Assembly: GCA_963693365.1 (NCBI GenBank)
Contig: CAVNZM010000017.1
Coordinates: 3,453,375-3,517,374 of the forward strand
DNA length: 64,000 nt
Direction: 5' to 3'
Source of the DNA: Amoebidium appalachense
Lineage: Eukaryota > Protista > Ichthyosporea
The first letter of the stretch is position 1. Each line of letters begins with the position of its first letter. The position numbers and the translations under genes are program-made. The notes beneath the pieces were generated by a model, which saw nothing but the letters and a program-made list of their open reading frames with translations, made no database searches and was not told the origin of the DNA. Positions 36,635-46,480 of this stretch are shown piece by piece.

Positions 36635-37963
36635 TCAAGACGGGCGTGCAGGCCTTGCGTTGCGCCTCAGCCCAACTTGTTCCTCTTGGTGTTCAAACGC
36701 CAGTTTTTTGAGTTCCCGCGCCTTGCGTTTTTCTTTGTCTTTCTGCGTCTGTGCACGCGTGCCCTTGTGGCGTGCAAGTTCACCGTGACGCCCTTGAAAC
36801 GCCAGCTCCTCACGGGCCTTTTCCTTGGCGGTCTCCTTGCGGGCAGCGCGCATCCCGCTGCTGGGCGGTACAGACACGCTGGTAGGTGGTACCTTCTTTA
36901 GCATGGTGTCTGGCCAAGCGTAGCGTAGGCCTGGCGTGTGTTTCCTCATCTCCCCTGTAGCCGCGTTGCGTAGCGCCCACCCACTTGCATCCTTGTAGGC
37001 GAGCGTGTAGACGTCCTTGGACCAGTTTCTTCCCTCCTTTTCAAACGGTCCCTTTGGCTTTTTGAGTGCACGCACGTGCACGCCCTCCGTGTGCCCCATC
37101 TTGGCACGTAGCTTACCTTTTTGCTTCCTGTTCTCCAGCCACGTGTTGATGCTGTTCCACCGTTCGGCCCTCTGGGTCATCTTGTTGGGCTCTCTACCGA
37201 TCGAACCATGGTACGTGTCGTTGTAATCCTCCAACACGTTTTCCAACCCTTCCCCCGTCCACTTGCCCGTGTCGTTGGCCTCCATGTACTTGCTCAATCC
37301 TTGCTTTAGGGTGCGATGGAACCGTTCTACCATGGCCACGTTGCGTGGTTTTCGGCCTGGCTTTTGCGGGAGGATGGTGATGTCGTGTTGGTCGTAGTAC
37401 TGTTTCATTGTATTGCTGAGGAACTCCGTGCCCTTGTCCGTAAAGATCTGCTTGACCTCTGTAGGTTGTAGGTTTTGCTCCCCTTTGTTGCTTTCGTCCT
37501 TCATCTCCCTGATGGTCTTTAAGGCTTTGTGCACTGCCCTCTGCATCTCCGGCCCGTTGCTGATGGTGAGGTGCTCGTTCTTCCCGCTCCCTGAGCTCTT
37601 TGTCTTTATGGGCACGACCGTTGCCTGCCTCGTGTTCATGTCAATCATGCTCAATCCCCCCTTGTACCCCCTGTTTGCCTTTGAGTAACGTGGCATGAAA
37701 AACAGATCCGCCGCCACGCTGTTCGGCCGTGCTGTGGTGGGGAGGTAGTCCTTCCTCTCGATACGATGGGGGGCGAGCACCTCCTTGAGGGATTCCTGCT
37801 GCCCGGTGTTTCTTCTGGACAGGTAGGCACGCACGGCCGGTTGCCCTACCCTCTTGTCTTTTGCTTTTGCACGCCGCCACAGTGCCTGCACGGTGGGTGG
37901 GAGCTTGAAGGTGGCGTAGGTCTCCTCAATCACCTGCTCAATGCCCTTGTCTCTGGCCACCAT
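36635..37963 (-). CDS. Retroviral-like (rve) integrase of Polinton type
   Basis: DDE triad: ADLFFM, FTDKGTEF, MVERFHRTLK; YNDTYHGSIGREP; basic C-terminal tail and no recognisable chromodomain. Confidence 0.95.
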   Translation of the reverse strand: MVARDKGIEQVIEETYATFKLPPTVQALWRRAKAKDKRVGQPAVRAYLSRRNTGQQESLKEVLAPHRIERKDYLPTTARPNSVAADLFFMPRYSKANRGYKGGLSMIDMNTRQATVVPIKTKSSGSGKNEHLTISNGPEMQRAVHKALKTIREMKDESNKGEQNLQPTEVKQIFTDKGTEFLSNTMKQYYDQHDITILPQKPGRKPRNVAMVERFHRTLKQGLSKYMEANDTGKWTGEGLENVLEDYNDTYHGSIGREPNKMTQRAERWNSINTWLENRKQKGKLRAKMGHTEGVHVRALKKPKGPFEKEGRNWSKDVYTLAYKDASGWALRNAATGEMRKHTPGLRYAWPDTMLKKVPPTSVSVPPSSGMRAARKETAKEKAREELAFQGRHGELARHKGTRAQTQKDKEKRKARELKKLAFEHQEEQVGLRRNARPARPS

Positions 37964-37984
37964 GGTGGTTTCCTGCGCTCGCTA

Positions 37985-38560
37985 CTAGTCGGTTGACACT
38001 TTCTCCTCGGGCACCCTTCTTGGCCTGCGGGTGTTGGTGGTCTTTCTGGTCGTTTTTTTGGCCTTGGGGGCAGGGGGTGCCTGGAGCTTGATGGGGTGGT
38101 CGGGGATGAGGGGGCGTGGGTGCAATGGGGTGACGTCCTTTTCCGTGTCCGTGCTGCCTGTGCTTGAGGCCATACCCTCATCATCGTCGAGTAAGGTGAG
38201 CACGGCGGATTGTAGCTCTTGTGGTGGGGGAGGGGGTGACTGGGGTGGGGAGGGGAAGGCAAAGAGGGGCTCAAAGGGGGTTGTAGGGGAGAGGAGGTCG
38301 TGGGGGAAAGGGGTGTCTGGCCGGGGGGAGGGGGTGGGGTGCTCGTGCAGTAGCACGTCCCTGATGGTGCTTGCATTCTCTTTCAACCACTCTGTAAAGG
38401 GTCTCCACTCTAGCCCCTTTTCTGTGCAAACCAACATCTCCCCTTCCTTGGGTGGGTGTTTTGGGAACACGAGGTCGTAGGCTTCAGTAGATGGGTGGGC
38501 TAGCACACCCACGTACCCGCCCGCACGCGTGAGCAGATTGAGCCTGGTTACGTTAGACAT
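37985..38560 (-). CDS. Short fibre-family paralogue (shared N-terminal domain plus Pro-rich/basic tail)
   Basis: YVGVLAHPSTEAYDLVFPKHPPKEGEMLVCTEKGLEW aligns by eye with the N-termini at 41396 and 42938. Confidence 0.7.
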   Translation of the reverse strand: MSNVTRLNLLTRAGGYVGVLAHPSTEAYDLVFPKHPPKEGEMLVCTEKGLEWRPFTEWLKENASTIRDVLLHEHPTPSPRPDTPFPHDLLSPTTPFEPLFAFPSPPQSPPPPPQELQSAVLTLLDDDEGMASSTGSTDTEKDVTPLHPRPLIPDHPIKLQAPPAPKAKKTTRKTTNTRRPRRVPEEKVSTD

Positions 38561-38611
38561 CTTGGTCTTGTTTTTCCCTTTTATTATGGTTGCACATTTT
38601 TTCGTACGGAG

Positions 38612-39386
38612 ATGGTAGTAGGCAACTCAGTTGTGAGAATGATTGTCGACCTTGCACGTATATATTTTACCACCTGCTGTGCCATCATGTGTGTTGCACT
38701 CGTGGTGGCGTCCTACGGCACAGCCGTCACGGTACTCATACCGGAACTTGCCAAACGTACATGCATGTTTTGGCTCATCATCCTGCCCCTCACAGGTGTG
38801 GTCATGTGCCAGGCACAACGGGTGGCGTATGCCTGGCTCGACGTGGACACCCACCCTGACGTGGCCGGGCACTGTGTGATGTGGGCCGCCGCCCTACTGG
38901 CTGGGCTCGTGGCTGTATGTGGCCTCCCCCCTCGCCTACATGCTGGCAGCAGCGTGCTGGGCCCGATCCATGCGTGTGACGACCACGTTGTTCTTCCCAC
39001 GGGCCGTGGCGTACATGGTGTGTGCCTCCCTCCTCCCCCTAAGTGCCCTCTACGGCATGACGTGCGTGTTTGAACCGTCGGTGTTTGGCTACGTGTTTCT
39101 TGTGCTGAGGGGCGTGCTGGCGTGTGCCACCCTCGTCTGTGCACGGTACATGCTCTCCCTGTCCGTGCCCGTGCTCACCAGGAACATTGTGCTGTGCGTG
39201 TGCGTGCATGCAGGCCTTGCACTGGCAGGCATTGTGTTTGACGAGCTCCACTGGAACTTGTGGGAGTTTGGGTTTTTGGAGAACGGGTTTCTGACCACGT
39301 TGGGGTACACACTGCTCGCCTGCTGCCTGCTTGCCCTCTGGTACCTCATACTCTACTGCATGGACGTGCTGGGCCCCTACACGTAG
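38612..39386 (+). CDS. Polytopic (about 7 TM) membrane protein; one frameshift in a C-run at ~38925-38931
   Basis: Joining 38612.. and 38919..39386 gives ~257 aa with seven hydrophobic segments. Confidence 0.65.
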
Positions 39387-39388
39387 TT

Positions 39389-41396
39389 TTAGGGCATGGT
39401 CCATTTTGGCCCGTTGTCCCAGTCACCCACATCCACGACGTTGTGGTCGGGCCCGTACTTACCCTGGTTGTTCTTCCAGGCCTCGAGCTCGGCGGCGTAG
39501 TTGTCGTAGTCGGTGGCGGCCCGGCGTGCCTTCCTCTTGCCCATCTTGCCAATGCCCGTGCCTAGCTTACCTCCGTATCTCTGTGCGAGTTTGCATGCCC
39601 CCTTGCCCACGGCAGACACGGCATCGCCGACCACAGGTATGACCCCCATCAAGTCCATCACACTCTCCACAATGTCCAACGGGCTTGGTTTGAACGTTTC
39701 CTCTTCGACGAAGTCTCTTAGCACGGGTACAAAGTTGATCTCCCTCGGCCTCACCATAAACCACAGGTCGTTTTCCTGCATGCTCTGTGGCACCTTTCCG
39801 TTGGGCATGTGTGCACGTATGGTGTTGAGGTACTGTTTGAGGGCCGAGCCCACCGGTTCCCATAGCTGGTCCACCTCGTCCCAGGGGTCGGGGGAAACGG
39901 CTTCGTTGTAGTTTAGACGTAGCACCCGGCTTGTCACCCTGTACGTGAGCTCCATTTCCGGGTGGGGTAGTGACCCTTTGGGGCCCGAATACACGCTCTT
40001 GTTGGTCCCCCCCAAATCACCGACGGCGCTGACGGTGGTTTCGTATTGAAACATGACGCTGGGAAACTTGTAGTGGACCTTGTGGTCAAGTTTCACGTAG
40101 CCCATGCGTGTGGTGGTGTAGTCGTTGGGGCCCCTGTTGGAGAAGTGCAGGAGGCCCGGCCTGAAGTACCGTGACTTGGTTGTGCCCGATATGGTCTCTT
40201 GCTCCTGTGCCCACACCCTGCTCTTTATCCAGTTTGTGAGAACCTTGTCGTCGTAGGGGAACTTTCCGCCCCCGGGCAGGTCGGGGTTGTCCTCGTTGAT
40301 GTAGTCCATGTGCCAGTCGTTGTTGGTGTCGTGCAGGTCCGTGTGGTCAACCTCTGTGTTGATGATGGGCACGTCGTGCAGGTACTCGGCCTTCTCGACG
40401 ACGACCTGGTTGAGCTCGTACAGCTGGCTGCTGTCTAGGTTGGCGGTGAGCTTGCCGGCAATGTGCTGCTGCAGCGGCTCCCCCCGGGGCACGGTGCCCA
40501 TGACAATGTCGTACGTCATGAACGGTAAGACCCTGCTGATGCCCTTCTTGTTGTAGGCGTAGTTGTTGTTGAGGGGGTACGTGTTTGATGATATGACGGT
40601 CTCCATCGTTGGGGTGTAGGGCCAAAGGGTGGCGTGTCTTGCCTCGTCCGTTTCGTTTTCGTAGAAGTTGGTGTACGTGTGGCCGTCGTCCTTGTCCTGC
40701 CCGTTTATGCCGACATGGTCGAACTTGAAGCATGCGGTTTGTGCAGACATGGGGTAGTGGTGGGTCTGGAACGTGATGGTCTGTCTCTCCTCGTCCCAGC
40801 TCCCAAAAAAGAGGGGGTGCCCATGCTGTGTGGGGTGTCTGGGCTACTTATCATGGGGAACTTGGGGAAGTCGGGGCGTTCGGGCAGGGCTGTCTTGATC
40901 TGTCTGTTTATGGTACGCACCGACGTCCACCCGTCGGAAAACAAAAAGTTTGGCCGGACCCACATGGAGTAGGGAAATATCGGGTCGGGGGTCAGCCCCT
41001 CCAGTCTGAGCAGGCGACGTACAATGTTGTCTTCAAAGTTCTCCTTGTCGTCCCCCCCCACAGCACCTTTACTATAGTGTCCAAGGTTTCCTTCATGGTG
41101 TCGTAGACGGTGTGCTCGTCCCAGTTCTTGACCATGCCCTTTTCCAACAGCACCACCCTCCTCTCCAGGTCGTCCAGCCGGTCGGTCACCTCCGCCACGG
41201 GCATGAAGGTACCGGCCCCCACCTCGTCCACCTTCAAGAAGGCAGGCCCCGCTCGGGGGAGGCTTTTGGGCAGCTCGAGGACGTAGCTGTCGTGCCCGTG
41301 CCCGCTCGAATCGGGTCGGATGCCGACGTAGTAGTCTGCGCTCTTCGGGCCCACCAGGGAGAGCCCCTGGGCAACGTGCCACGCTAAAGCGCTCAT
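39389..41396 (-). CDS. Long fibre/spike-like protein (~670 aa), split by two homopolymer frameshifts (~41055, ~40810)
   Basis: Shared N-terminal domain plus LDDLERRVVLLE coil; frames join at G7 and C5/T6 runs; C-terminal DLMGVIPVVGDAVSAVGKG motif. Confidence 0.68.
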
Positions 41397-41414
41397 GGTG
41401 GGTTTACTAGTGTG

Positions 41415-42938
41415 TTAGAAATAATTTTGCGTCCCCCATTCAAGGTCTGCATAGAAGGTGGGAGGGTGGGTGACTATGTTGGTGCGGGGAATGCTGGCCT
41501 TGTCCTTGTAGTCGGTAAACCGTGGGTACTTTGCCAACACCAGCACGTCAAAGTTGTTGTAGCCGGCAACGCTTGCATAGCTCTCTGTGTCGGTCTGGAA
41601 GAGCTTTGTCAGCCTTACCTTGAGCTTGAACCGAAAGTCATCCCCTGTGGGAACAACGGCCCCCTCCAACATGCCGGAGCCTAGCGCAAACGGGTAGATG
41701 TTGTTTATGTCCCACGTGGACACGCACGACATGGGTAGGGAGCCCACGTGGGTGACATACTTGCGTACACCGTTGGTCCCTAGTGTCCAGAAGTAGACAA
41801 TCACTATGAGTTCGGCCCCCGGCGATGATATACACTGGGGTTTAATGACTGGCTCGTATGTTGACCTGTATATGCTGATCGTGTCCTCCCATGCAGCCTT
41901 TCCGGCAACGTTCCACCCCTGGGCGGCCGCGTGGTGTACTTTCACCGTCAGGTAGGCCGGGCCCGTGCGCCGGCTCCCGTACGTGTCGCTGAGCAGCATG
42001 CCCTCGCCGGCCGGCGGCATACGGGGTTTGATGGCACCCATGTCTGTGGTCAGGGTAGCCACGGCCGTGTCGTGGAGACCGACGAGCGTGTTGAGCCGGT
42101 TGACGTCGAGGCCAAGTGTCGTGCTACTACTCTTCAGACTGGCAATGTCCGTGTTCTGTGTCGTGTTGACCGTCACTGCACCGTTGGCCGTGTTGAGGGC
42201 ATTGGTGGCTTTCACCTCCACAGCCGTCAGCCGGGCGTCGAGGGACCCTGTGGTATTTTTGAGGCTGGCAATGTCGTTTGTCTGCGTGGTGTTGACCGTC
42301 ACTGCACCGTTGGCCGTGTTGAGGGCATTGGTGGCTTTCACCTCCACGGCCGTCAGCCGGGTGTCGAGGGACCCTGTGGTATTTTTGAGCCCGGCAATGT
42401 CGTTTGTCTGGGCGGTGTTGACCGTCACTGCACCGTTGGCCGTGTTGAGGGCACTCGTGGCTTTTGTCTCCGCAGCCATCAGCCGGGTGTCCAGACTTCC
42501 TGTGGTGGTTTTGAGGCCGGCAATGTCGTTTGTCTGGGCGGTGTTGATCGTCACCGCACCGTTGGCCGTGTCGAGGGCACTCGTGGCTTTCGTCTCCACC
42601 GCCGTCAGCCGTGTGTCCAGGCCTCCCGTGGTGGTTTTGAGACTGGCAATGTCGGTGTCCTGGGTGGTGTTGACCCCCTCCACTACCACCACCCTGGCCT
42701 CCAGGTTCTTGACCGTCATGTCCGTGGGCACGTCGGCGGCAGCCACAAACGAGAGCACGCCGTCTGCACCGCACGCCACGTACGAGTCAGTGGCCGGCCG
42801 GGTGGTGGGCAACGTCAGCTCGTATGCGTCGTGGTCGTGGGCGGCGTTGTCGGGCAGGAGCCCCACGTAGTAGCCGTTTCTGCGCCGGTTGGCGAGGGCC
42901 AGCCCGGTGGCCACGGTCCAGTCGGTTGTGCTCGGCAT
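41415..42938 (-). CDS. Fibre protein with a coiled-coil shaft of 42-aa (126-bp) repeats and a globular C-terminal head
   Basis: About 4.3 copies of TAQTNDIAGLKTTTGSLDTRLTAVETKATSALNTANGAVTVN (6 heptads); divergently adjacent to the penton gene. Confidence 0.8.
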   Translation of the reverse strand: MPSTTDWTVATGLALANRRRNGYYVGLLPDNAAHDHDAYELTLPTTRPATDSYVACGADGVLSFVAAADVPTDMTVKNLEARVVVVEGVNTTQDTDIASLKTTTGGLDTRLTAVETKATSALDTANGAVTINTAQTNDIAGLKTTTGSLDTRLMAAETKATSALNTANGAVTVNTAQTNDIAGLKNTTGSLDTRLTAVEVKATNALNTANGAVTVNTTQTNDIASLKNTTGSLDARLTAVEVKATNALNTANGAVTVNTTQNTDIASLKSSSTTLGLDVNRLNTLVGLHDTAVATLTTDMGAIKPRMPPAGEGMLLSDTYGSRRTGPAYLTVKVHHAAAQGWNVAGKAAWEDTISIYRSTYEPVIKPQCISSPGAELIVIVYFWTLGTNGVRKYVTHVGSLPMSCVSTWDINNIYPFALGSGMLEGAVVPTGDDFRFKLKVRLTKLFQTDTESYASVAGYNNFDVLVLAKYPRFTDYKDKASIPRTNIVTHPPTFYADLEWGTQNYF

Positions 42939-42996
42939 GTTGCACGTTACTGTTACACGGCGATTTTTTGTACCTCATTACGTAACAACCACCACC

Positions 42997-44088
42997 ATGG
43001 ACCACGCACCCACACACCTGGTTGTCATGCAGCACGTCGGTGACTTTGTGCAGGGCCAGCAGGAGCCTGCACCTGTGCAGATGAAGGCCATGCTCTCACC
43101 GCCCATCGGGTTCATGCAGAACACGTCGTTGGGTGCCCGTTGGGTGAGCACCATGACGTCGGCCAACACCTTCTACTACCCCTTCCCTCGTGACAAGTGC
43201 TACGTCAACATTGCCCTGCGGCCGGTCGACCCCGGCTCCCCGGGCGGGTGGGGGCCCAGCATGGAGCACAGACGCATACCCCTGGAGCCCCTCCCTGCGG
43301 ACGTGCCGGAATCGTCGTTGTCGACCTTCAAGCAGATACCCCTGTACGAGTTTGGGGTGGACCCTAGGGGGGAGTACGTCGGCCGTGGGTCCAGAAAACT
43401 GTGCGCGGATGACTCTGAGGCGTATGAACTAGACGACGAGAACATTGTGGGCACGCTCATGGCTGCCTGGTTGAACTACGCCTTGAAGGAAGTCTACCAC
43501 CCGAATCTACCCGACGCCATCAAGGACGAGATTGTGAACGACGTGGACACGTTGGGGGTGGGGTGTCACCAAGTAGCCAGCCGCATCACGCTGTTCAATG
43601 CGAACGAGTTTTACCGGGTGGTCATGTGGTTCGACAGCCCGGTCATGGCTGCAGCGGCCGGCATGCCCCTCGACGGCCCGGGCCAGCTGGCCGCCTCTAG
43701 GGCAGAGGGAGAGGTCATGGCCCCCAACATACCGGCATTCCCCAGCCACTTTTTCCTTGAGCTGCACGGGGTGAATTCGGAGTCGTCGGTGAGCGTGGCC
43801 AACGCCGACGTCAAGTTCCAGTCGTCCTATCCGAGCAAGGACATTCTGGCCGTCATACCCACCTTCCCGCAGTACGCCCTCCCCCTCTTTGACAACGGGG
43901 CCGTCGTCGAGCTGCCTCTGGACGTCAGCACGCACATCAACTCGCTCAGCATCAAGCTGGTCAGCTGCTACGGGGACGTGGTGGGGCTGAGGGGGGACAT
44001 GACGGTTTTATTGTGCCTCCGGCGAATCCCGAGCCCCACGGGGGTCACGGCGATCCGGCCCATGGCCAAACCCCAACGGTTCGGCTAG
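42997..44088 (+). CDS. Minor capsid protein (penton, single jelly-roll)
   Basis: C-terminal pattern DILAVIP..LPL..INSLSIKLVSCYGDVVGLRGDMTVLLCLRR, typical of Polinton/PLV minor capsids. Confidence 0.8.
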   Translation: MDHAPTHLVVMQHVGDFVQGQQEPAPVQMKAMLSPPIGFMQNTSLGARWVSTMTSANTFYYPFPRDKCYVNIALRPVDPGSPGGWGPSMEHRRIPLEPLPADVPESSLSTFKQIPLYEFGVDPRGEYVGRGSRKLCADDSEAYELDDENIVGTLMAAWLNYALKEVYHPNLPDAIKDEIVNDVDTLGVGCHQVASRITLFNANEFYRVVMWFDSPVMAAAAGMPLDGPGQLAASRAEGEVMAPNIPAFPSHFFLELHGVNSESSVSVANADVKFQSSYPSKDILAVIPTFPQYALPLFDNGAVVELPLDVSTHINSLSIKLVSCYGDVVGLRGDMTVLLCLRRIPSPTGVTAIRPMAKPQRFG

Positions 44089-44144
44089 CGTCACGGTGGC
44101 TATATTTTGACATACAACGGTTAACGGGAGCCTTACAAACAAAC

Positions 44145-44390
44145 ATGGATTTTCGAGGGGTGGGGCACGTCAACGACTCCGAGTACTGGCGGCCGGCACT
44201 GCCGGACCGCACGGCCACACCACGCAGCCACACCGTCATCGTCCACCCCAACGAGGCCTGGGACAGGTTCCGGACGGTCATGGACATTGGTCGTGCCGCC
44301 CAGGGCATTGCCTACGCCGGCAGCAACATCAACTACCTGCAGAGGTCTTTCCGGGCCGGTCGGTCGGGCGGTGGCCGGTCCTATTTTTAG
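44145..44390 (+). CDS. Small Arg/Gly-rich viral protein
   Basis: aaacATGG start; fills the gap and its stop overlaps the stop of the convergent gene. Confidence 0.55.
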   Translation: MDFRGVGHVNDSEYWRPALPDRTATPRSHTVIVHPNEAWDRFRTVMDIGRAAQGIAYAGSNINYLQRSFRAGRSGGGRSYF

Positions 44391-44677
44391 ATGTTGGTCT
44401 CCCCCTCCTGCTTCTGTATGTGGGCCAGCATGCGGGCGTCGAGCTCGGCCTCGTATTCCAGCACCTTCCTCAGCTCCTCCTGCCGGTCGACCGGCACCCT
44501 CTTCTTCAACCTCAGGAATTTTTTTTCGATTTTGTTTTCGGGCTTCTTCCCGGCCTTGTCGGCCGGGTCGAACTGTTTGTCCGTGCCGTGTCGTATGTAG
44601 AACTCGAGGTAGTCGTCGAACGTAAACGGCGACGAGTACGCCGACGGCAGGTTTTTCGTGCTCCTAGGGGTAGCCAT
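44387..44677 (-). CDS. Small charged helical viral protein
   Basis: gccATGG start, upstream AAAAATTCGTG, protein-like composition. Confidence 0.6.
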   Translation of the reverse strand: MATPRSTKNLPSAYSSPFTFDDYLEFYIRHGTDKQFDPADKAGKKPENKIEKKFLRLKKRVPVDRQEELRKVLEYEAELDARMLAHIQKQEGETNI

Positions 44678-44728
44678 GGCCGTGCACCGGTAGCTTGCTA
44701 CTAGTGGGGGCACACGAATTTTTCCTTC

Positions 44729-45335
44729 CTACGTCACCACGAAATGAGGCTGGCGATGTGGTCGCTGTAGCTGCGCTGGGGAGGGGGTGCTGCTGCTGCA
44801 GGAGGGTGGTACGGGCCGTAGCCCATGCCCGTGTGGGGGGCACTGTGGCGTGTCTGGAGGTGCGTACCCGCCCGGTGCACCCATGGGGTGTGGTACGGGC
44901 GGGGGCATGTAGTACTGGTAGTAGGGGTTGCTGTGCGGGTCCGAGTCGTCATAGCTGCCATCGCTGTCCCCTTCCTCGAACGCCACCCTCGTCATGGGCT
45001 TCCGTGGTGCCTTCTTCTGCCTTGGCCGGGGTGCTTTTGGGGGTTGTGCCGGTGCTTTTGCCGGCGGGGGGCCGGGGCGGGCGGGTCTCTAGCACCTGCA
45101 GCTTCTGCTCGAGTTCACGGATGTAGTCCTTGTTTCGCCGCATGCGTTCCACCCTGGTGCTCCGGCCCTTCTCCAGGGCCTCCAGCTGCCGGGCCGTGGG
45201 CTGCCGTCTCGCCTTGGCCACGTGGCCGGCGTCCAACACCATGGGCTCCACACCCATGCCGGTGGCGCCGCTGGACACGGGTTGGTGGACTTCGCCGTCA
45301 GACACGCGCTCGATTTGGTTGTCTTCGGCTGACAT
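44729..45335 (-). CDS. Basic coiled-coil protein (TARQLEALEKGR motif), likely frameshifted near 45030
   Basis: 44949..45335 continues in the 44729 frame as KKAPRKPMTRVAFEEGDSD. Confidence 0.55.
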
Positions 45336-45428
45336 GGTTGGTTACCAGTACGCACACATTTTTTTACCGACGTTGGATGGTGCCAACGTCCAAAAAATGT
45401 GTGCCGTATTACAGACACGGCAACCGAC

Positions 45429-45665
45429 ATGGCCAACCCGACAACCAAGGCGGCATCCGACACGGACGCCGAACCATGGCAGCACGCGTGCGACTACTGT
45501 GGGCACTGGTTCAAGTGCGCGACACAGGAGGAGGGGCCGGGCTACGACTTTGACTGTGGGTGCGTCATGACGTGGCTGGGTGACGAGCCCATGTACCTCT
45601 GCAGCTTCGAGTGCCTGGACGACTTCACGGTCTACAACGTGCAAATGGACGGCTGCAGGCACTAA
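45429..45665 (+). CDS. Small Cys-rich zinc-binding protein
   Basis: CDYC...DCGC...YLCSFEC pattern (TRASH/MYM-like by inference). Confidence 0.6.
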   Translation: MANPTTKAASDTDAEPWQHACDYCGHWFKCATQEEGPGYDFDCGCVMTWLGDEPMYLCSFECLDDFTVYNVQMDGCRH

Positions 45666-45669
45666 TTTT

Positions 45670-46467
45670 ATGGGCCTGTTGGGTGAGAGTGACACCATCA
45701 TGCACCCGCCCCCGCCCATTGCCGTCAAACCCCTGCCCGCACCCCTCTCGGTGGAGCACATACCAATGACGTGCGACACCAAGCTGAGGGTGCCCTACCC
45801 GTTGATGGACAACGTGTTCTTCTTCCTGCTCATTGGCCAGCCTGGGTCCGGCAAGTCCAACCTGCTCGTCAACTTGATTGCCCGGGAGGGTCAGTTCTAC
45901 AATAAACTGTTTGACCGCGTGTACATTTTCAGCCCGAGCATGCACACCCTGGGCACGGCCCTGAAAATCCCCAAGGCCCGCCTGCACCAGGACGTGTCGT
46001 TCCTCCCCGAGATTCTCAAGCTGTCGCTTCAGCACAAGAAGGTTAACCCCAACTACCGCATGCTGCTGGTGTTTGACGACATGTCCCACATTTTTCGCAA
46101 GTCGGGCAACCTGCGCGAGTTTGTGCGCATGGCGCAGAAACACATTGGTGTGTCGGTGATGATGGTCGGGCAGAAGCTCAACAAGATACCCCTCGAGCTG
46201 CGCAGCCAGGCTGACGCCTTGGCCTACTTCAAGAACACCAACAACACCGAGCTCAAGGTGTTGCGGGACGAGTTCCTGCCCGCCCTCGAGACCCCCCAAT
46301 TTTTCGAATTGATGGACACGGTCTACCGGGGCAAGCACGACTTCCTCTTTATCCGCTTGAATGAGGGGCGGATGTTTCGAAATTTCGAACAGGAGGTGGT
46401 GCTGGGGTCCCCGGGGTCCGACGGTGGCGGCGACAGTGACGGCGAAAAAAATGTACGGCATAGGTAA
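45670..46467 (+). CDS. A32/FtsK-HerA family genome-packaging ATPase
   Basis: Walker A GQPGSGKS, Walker B LLVFDD, SVMMVGQ..IPLELRSQ; immediately upstream of the MCP. Confidence 0.93.
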   Translation: MGLLGESDTIMHPPPPIAVKPLPAPLSVEHIPMTCDTKLRVPYPLMDNVFFFLLIGQPGSGKSNLLVNLIAREGQFYNKLFDRVYIFSPSMHTLGTALKIPKARLHQDVSFLPEILKLSLQHKKVNPNYRMLLVFDDMSHIFRKSGNLREFVRMAQKHIGVSVMMVGQKLNKIPLELRSQADALAYFKNTNNTELKVLRDEFLPALETPQFFELMDTVYRGKHDFLFIRLNEGRMFRNFEQEVVLGSPGSDGGGDSDGEKNVRHR

Positions 46468-46480
46468 ACACACCACCAAC

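Noticed and set aside
38612-39386. Viral rhodopsin
   Set aside because: No retinal-binding Lys or DxxxK motif in the seventh helix.
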